NCBI GenBank assembly: GCA_028534125.1
Contig: CM052816.1
Span: 68,636,001 to 68,700,000 of the forward strand
Source: Lama glama
Lineage: Eukaryota
Reading direction: 5' to 3'
DNA: 64,000 nt
Below the pieces are notes generated by a model, which saw only the letters and a list, made by a program, of their open reading frames with translations, was not told where the DNA came from and searched no databases. Positions 59,123-64,000 of the stretch are shown in pieces. Position numbers and translations under genes: made by a program. The first letter of the stretch is position 1. Every line of letters begins with the position of its first letter.

Positions 59123-60519
59123 AATCAATATAATAGTAAACATACTTGTTATTCTTTGGAATATAGGCTTTTCTGGTGAATGGGAGAAGTTATCTCTTGC
59201 CTAGCTGCTAATAAGGGGGACTTCATTGGTTGAGGGAAGTTTATGGATGGGATTGCTGAGACTGGAAGTCTCAGTGGTTCAGAGAGAGAAGTAACTTAAC
59301 CAGGTATTCTCACCTGGACAAAGGATGCTTTGATTTACAAGCATCAGTAATACCCAGATGAAACCCCACAGGTCATAATTTCTTTAAACTAAAGACTAAA
59401 GCTCTGTGGAAACTATACTTCAAAGAGGAACCTTCGCCTTGATTCACTATCTTATATTGTCTTCTGAAATTTGTTGGCTATTGATAAGCCTTTGAAGAAA
59501 GATAACTAAAATACCTGTAGTTAGTATTTGATAAAATGTTTCTGTTTATAGATTTTGCAAGTTAAAAATAACTTTTTCACTAGAGGAACTTCTCATATCT
59601 TATTTCTTTACCCAAAGGTATATAGTTTATAATATATTTTAGTATTTTTACTTTGGAAATACATGCTATTTCATTATATGGATTCAGCATAATGTACTTA
59701 AAATTATCCCCCATTTTTGGACATTTGAGTCTTGGTTATAGACTGTCATTATTGGTAAAATCTAGATTAGTTTTTTCTTTACAAATAATTATTCTGTGAT
59801 TTCCAAATTTTCTAAAATTCACCTGTAATAAATTGGTAAACTCTGAAAAACTCAGAAAAGAAAATAAATATAACTACTAATCTCACTACCACCCAGAGAT
59901 GGTCCCTTTTAACATTTTGGTTATGTATCTTTCCAGTGCTTTTTTTTATGTTATGAACTCACACTTCTAAAAAAATCTGTGCTTTAAAAAAAACAAGTTG
60001 GGATATTACTGAATGTACTCTTTAATTTTTTTAAACTTAGTCTTCTACAAAATTACTTTTAATGATTGTGATTATTTCATTGTTTGTATTTGGCATAATC
60101 CACTTTACCTTTGTTTTTTAACATTTAGATTATTTGCAGTTTTGTACTGTAATTCTGCATATACCATCCTTGTAGAAATTTGGAAAGCCTTCTTGGTTTG
60201 CCCATCCTAGACCATCTCAGTGTGTTCTGGCCTTTTCTGCCTGTTTCTCTTGTTATTCCAGTTCTTCCTTCTTAAATTATAAGACCAGATCAGGTGGACG
60301 AACTATTCTTCAAACAGTTTATTGACCATTCGGCAATGTATATGATGGCCCCTGTGAGTTCAGGGATCAAAGAGGCATTTAGATTCATTTTATTTGCCAG
60401 AGGTAAATAATTTCAATACATGAGTTCTATAGTGTGATAATTTATGTTTGTCAGGTCTGTGGAGACTAAGAGAGCACTGGTTGTGAAGGCAGTAGGCAGA
60501 GGAGAAAGATCAGGGAATA

Positions 60520-60760
60520 AGCATTTAATTAAGCTCTCCTAGTGTGCCAGGTAGTACGTTGGGCATATTACCAGGCTCTTACTTTACAATAGGGAGGTAC
60601 AAAAATTACATTTATTTGTATTCACCATATGAGGAAACTGAGCTCAGATAGGTAGATAATTTGCCTATGATCAGTCAGGTAGTAACTGGGAGAATGCCAA
60701 AAGTAAACCCAGCCAGGTGTATCTGACTACAAAGCCCCAGCTCTATCCAGGACCCCACCC
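60520..60760 (-). mobile_element. MIR
   Basis: atgaggaaactgagctcagataggtagataatttgcctatgatca...tctgactacaaagccc. Confidence 0.65.
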
Positions 60761-60929
60761 TGCCACACCAAAGGAACGATTCAAGGAGGAGCTGAATAGA
60801 AGCTAGAATGGCAAGTAGGCATTAGCTAAGTGGAGGGGTGGAGTCATTGTTAGGGCTTGGCAAGAGGTTTGAAATCAGTGAGGGGAGTAGAGTGAGGTGG
60901 TATGAGGCTTAAGCCACCATTTAAAAAAA

Positions 60930-61207
60930 ATTGTATATAGTAAAATTCACTCTTTTGAGATACAGTTCTATGAATTTAGACCCTTTAGAATTTAGTCATA
61001 TTAACCACCACTCAATCAAGATACGGAACTAGTCTGTTAACCCCCAAAATTCCCTCATGCTGGGTTTTTTTGGTCCTCCCACTGTCCTTCACCTCTGACA
61101 ACCACTGATCTGTTCTCCATCCTATAATGTCATATAAATGGAATGTCCTATAATGCTATATAAATGGAATCATTCAGTATGGCCTCTTCACTTAGCATAA
61201 TGCATTT
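60930..61207 (-). mobile_element. L1MA/MB-like 3' end with an internal 26-bp duplication
   Basis: gtaaaattcactcttttgagatacagttctatgaattt...caaccactgatctgttctcc; cctataatg..atataaatggaat occurs twice (about 61121-61170). Confidence 0.7.
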
Positions 61208-62549
61208 CTAATTAGGCAACCACTAATGATTAATATGTTATTGTATAATTTTGCTGCAGTTTTTTGCCTCTTTTAAAATGTGCTTATATCATCGCCAAGT
61301 CTAGTTTCATGTAAACAAAATATTTTTGGGCTAAGAAATGATTAATAGTTATAGCTTCAAATATCAAAGAAGCCCGAAATAGATTCCTGATAAGTGCCAG
61401 AGAAAGTAAAATAGAAAACAAACTGTCTCTCCCCACACCTAACTGTGTTAGCCATCTCCTTGTCTTTTGCATATGGAAATCTGCATGGAAAATTTGCTAC
61501 TGATTGTGACCTTTACCAGCTCAAAAAAGAAAGGGAACAGCTGTTAACCATGAGAGGGTAGAAGGAATTAATGTTATTCCTGGCCAGTTGGCACCGTGTG
61601 CCTTTCTGGGGCAGTAACAACAGGTGACCAACTACTGCTTTTTATTTTTGTTAGTGTATAAATAAATAGGCTAACTTGTTTTTCGTGCAGAAATCTCAGA
61701 GTCCATATTAAAATAACCTGCCCATGTATTTTTCCTGGATTTTTTTTTAAAGCTGTTTAAATACATACACAAATTTATTTTAAGTGTCTTAATGAACTAA
61801 GAGACTCCAAGGTTGAGGATATTATAGGTAATTATTGACAGAAAACCACAAAAAGTAAAAACTTTCTTTGGTAAATGTCACTTATATCTAAACTAAACTG
61901 CACTTTCTCCCTTTTGTTCCAACTTAAACACAAAACAAAACACTGACAAGATAACTAAGTACTTTTTATAGTAAAACCATGTCAGCCACAGAGAGGTGGT
62001 GACTACAAGCCAGTGACCAGAATGTAGGTGTTTCTAAAAGCTGAGGGTGCACTGTTTGAACTCTTGCCCTTCGAGTGCCACCTCTGTGAATCACACCCAC
62101 ATATACAGTGCTCTTGACCTCTGACCCCTCCCATAAGGCTCCAGGCTCTTCACCTTCTCCCCTTCTACTTTACACAAACTCATCTTCTTGAGGTACAGCT
62201 TTTACCAAGTCCTTTCTTGCTCAAGAGCCAGTGTTGATTTTTCATTTTCTATTGAAGCATATCCAAATTATTTACCTAGAATGGAAAATCCTCATACTGT
62301 AGTTTTTCTTTGCCCATTCATATTTCTCTTATTCCTCATTTCCTTCTACTGTACTATAGTTGGATCATCCTGTTGTTTTTGTTTTTTAAATTGGCTGGTA
62401 ACAGACTGAACCAGTTATCAATCTTTAATTCATTTCTAATTGTTTCCCATTGCAGTTGTTTTGAATGATTTTTCTCCTATATTAGAACCATCAGTTATCT
62501 CCTGCTCTCCTCATTTTTTAGTAAATGGTATCATTTCCCACCTCATTTA

Positions 62550-63070
62550 GAAGACTTTAGAGTCAGATAAGTGCATGTTTGAAACCTGGATGTATCACTT
62601 ACTACCAAGGCTGATAGGCAGTATACACCTGAGTCTTCCTTTCCCCTGCCCACAACCCTCGTGTGGACTTTCCCCAAGATCCCACAGCCAAAAGGTTGAA
62701 GCAGAACCCAGCTTCTCTAGCACCAGCTGGCATCTGTTCTGAGTGGCCTGTGCTGATGCAGTGCTAGTTGTTAAATATTTTTAATTTCACCCTTTTTATA
62801 TGTATGACTTAAGTTACTTACCCTCTCTGAGTCATCCTCTCATCTTTAAAATGGGGATAATAATACTAAGATGACTCCTTGTTCATTCATCAAATATTTG
62901 TTGAGGACCTGCCTTGTTCTAAGCATTGACTTAGGTGGTTGGAATATATCAGAGAACGAAAAAAATATTTGTGCCTTCTTAGAGCTTGTGTTCTAGTTTT
63001 GTGAGGATTAAATGAAAATTATTGTTAAATGTTCTGTATGGTGCCAGACACACAGAGGTGCTCAAACTGT
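62550..63070 (+). mobile_element. MIR interrupted by hAT-like (about 62605-62795) and L2 (about 62880-62997) fragments
   Basis: MIR pieces gactttagagtcaga..., tgacttaagttacttaccctctctgagtc...aaaatggggataataata and gtgaggattaaatga are separated by other repeat-like text. Confidence 0.5.
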
Positions 63071-64000
63071 TTTAGCCTTCTTTCTTCACTTTTTCCACAG
63101 TTTCCATCAGGGCCAAATGGCCAAGGGGAATGTGGGAGGGAAAAAGGGTGAAGCCAATCGATACTAATAATTGAATGTTGCCTCCCTAGAGCATAACCTA
63201 CCTAGACCTGACTACATTGCATGGTAATACAAATCAGATAGGAAGGTTTTTGTTTATTTGTTTTTTAATGCTCTTGGTGAGTTGATGGTCTTGGTCATCT
63301 GTATATGTTTACACTTCCTCTCATCTCCCATGGATTCAGTTCCGTCCATTCATCCTCATTCTCAAGTCCTCCTATCTTACCACCTGCATTTTACCACAGC
63401 AGCTCACTATCACATCTTTTGCACTATAAAGACCAAAAAAACTGTTATCCTTCTTTTGCCCTATTTGCCTTCAAGGTATAGACCAAGTTCTCCCCTTCCT
63501 TCCTTTTTATCAGAAGGCATTTAAACATTTTCTACCCACTTACTCTCATTTCCTGATTCTTTTCAGTGTTTGTGTTCTCACTCAGAATACTTCAGTCTTT
63601 CTCTCAGGGTTCATCAGTGACCTCTTGCCTGTTCTTTTTCTACTCAGCTTCTTTGAAGTGGGTATCTGTTATTAGAACCTCTGAACCCAGAGGGCTCATG
63701 GCCTCATTGACCAAGGTTTGAATCCTAATTCTGCAACCTAAGTTGCCTTGGGCAGTTTTCTTCATCTTGAGAATGATGTAATAATATTTACCTTTTAAAG
63801 GTGTTGAAGGGCACCTAGCATACTGTCAGGATATGTGGTGGGAGTTAAATAAAAACTACTAGTAACATTTTTGAAAAGTGCCCCCTCATTTTCCCTGACA
63901 CTTCTTTCATGTTCTGCATCCTAGTTACCTGGTATTTAATTCTTTATTAGTTGGCTATATTGACTTTCTGTTATCTTTCTAAGATTATGGCTATTGCCAC

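Larger units (their letters stand above)
43061..64000 (+). other. PLPP1: PLPP1 intron 1 (partial)
   Basis: Follows the donor site; I found neither known exon-2 variant (GLPFAILTSRHTPFQRG-type or SMPMAVL-type) before the window end. Confidence 0.75.

Overview
Mammalian genomic DNA, almost certainly from a camelid (camel, llama or alpaca). The evidence is four copies of a tRNA-Ala-derived SINE resembling the camelid Vic-1 family, plus young L1 3' ends of one shared lineage-specific type. The only protein-coding feature I can support is the first coding exon of PLPP1 (PPAP2A, lipid phosphate phosphatase 1; ATG 43003, donor after 43060, + strand) inside a CpG-island promoter. About 42 kb of repeat-rich intergenic DNA lies upstream and 21 kb of intron 1 lies downstream; I did not find exon 2 in the window. 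Two 500-N scaffold gaps are present. I see no support for a new protein-coding system. The notable items are mostly retrotransposition products and candidate regulatory sites: a tailless 5' tRNA-Gly(TCC) half flanked by a perfect 18-bp TSD, a full-length U6 retrocopy, a tiny L1 3' transduction, a twin-primed L1, an L1 with a microhomology-bounded ORF2 deletion, a probable local inversion, a consensus-matching androgen/glucocorticoid response element 23 kb upstream of PLPP1, and a speculative Gypsy-like remnant. Repeat subfamily names and orthologue comparisons are from recall and need RepeatMasker/Dfam/BLAST confirmation; boundaries of old repeats are approximate.
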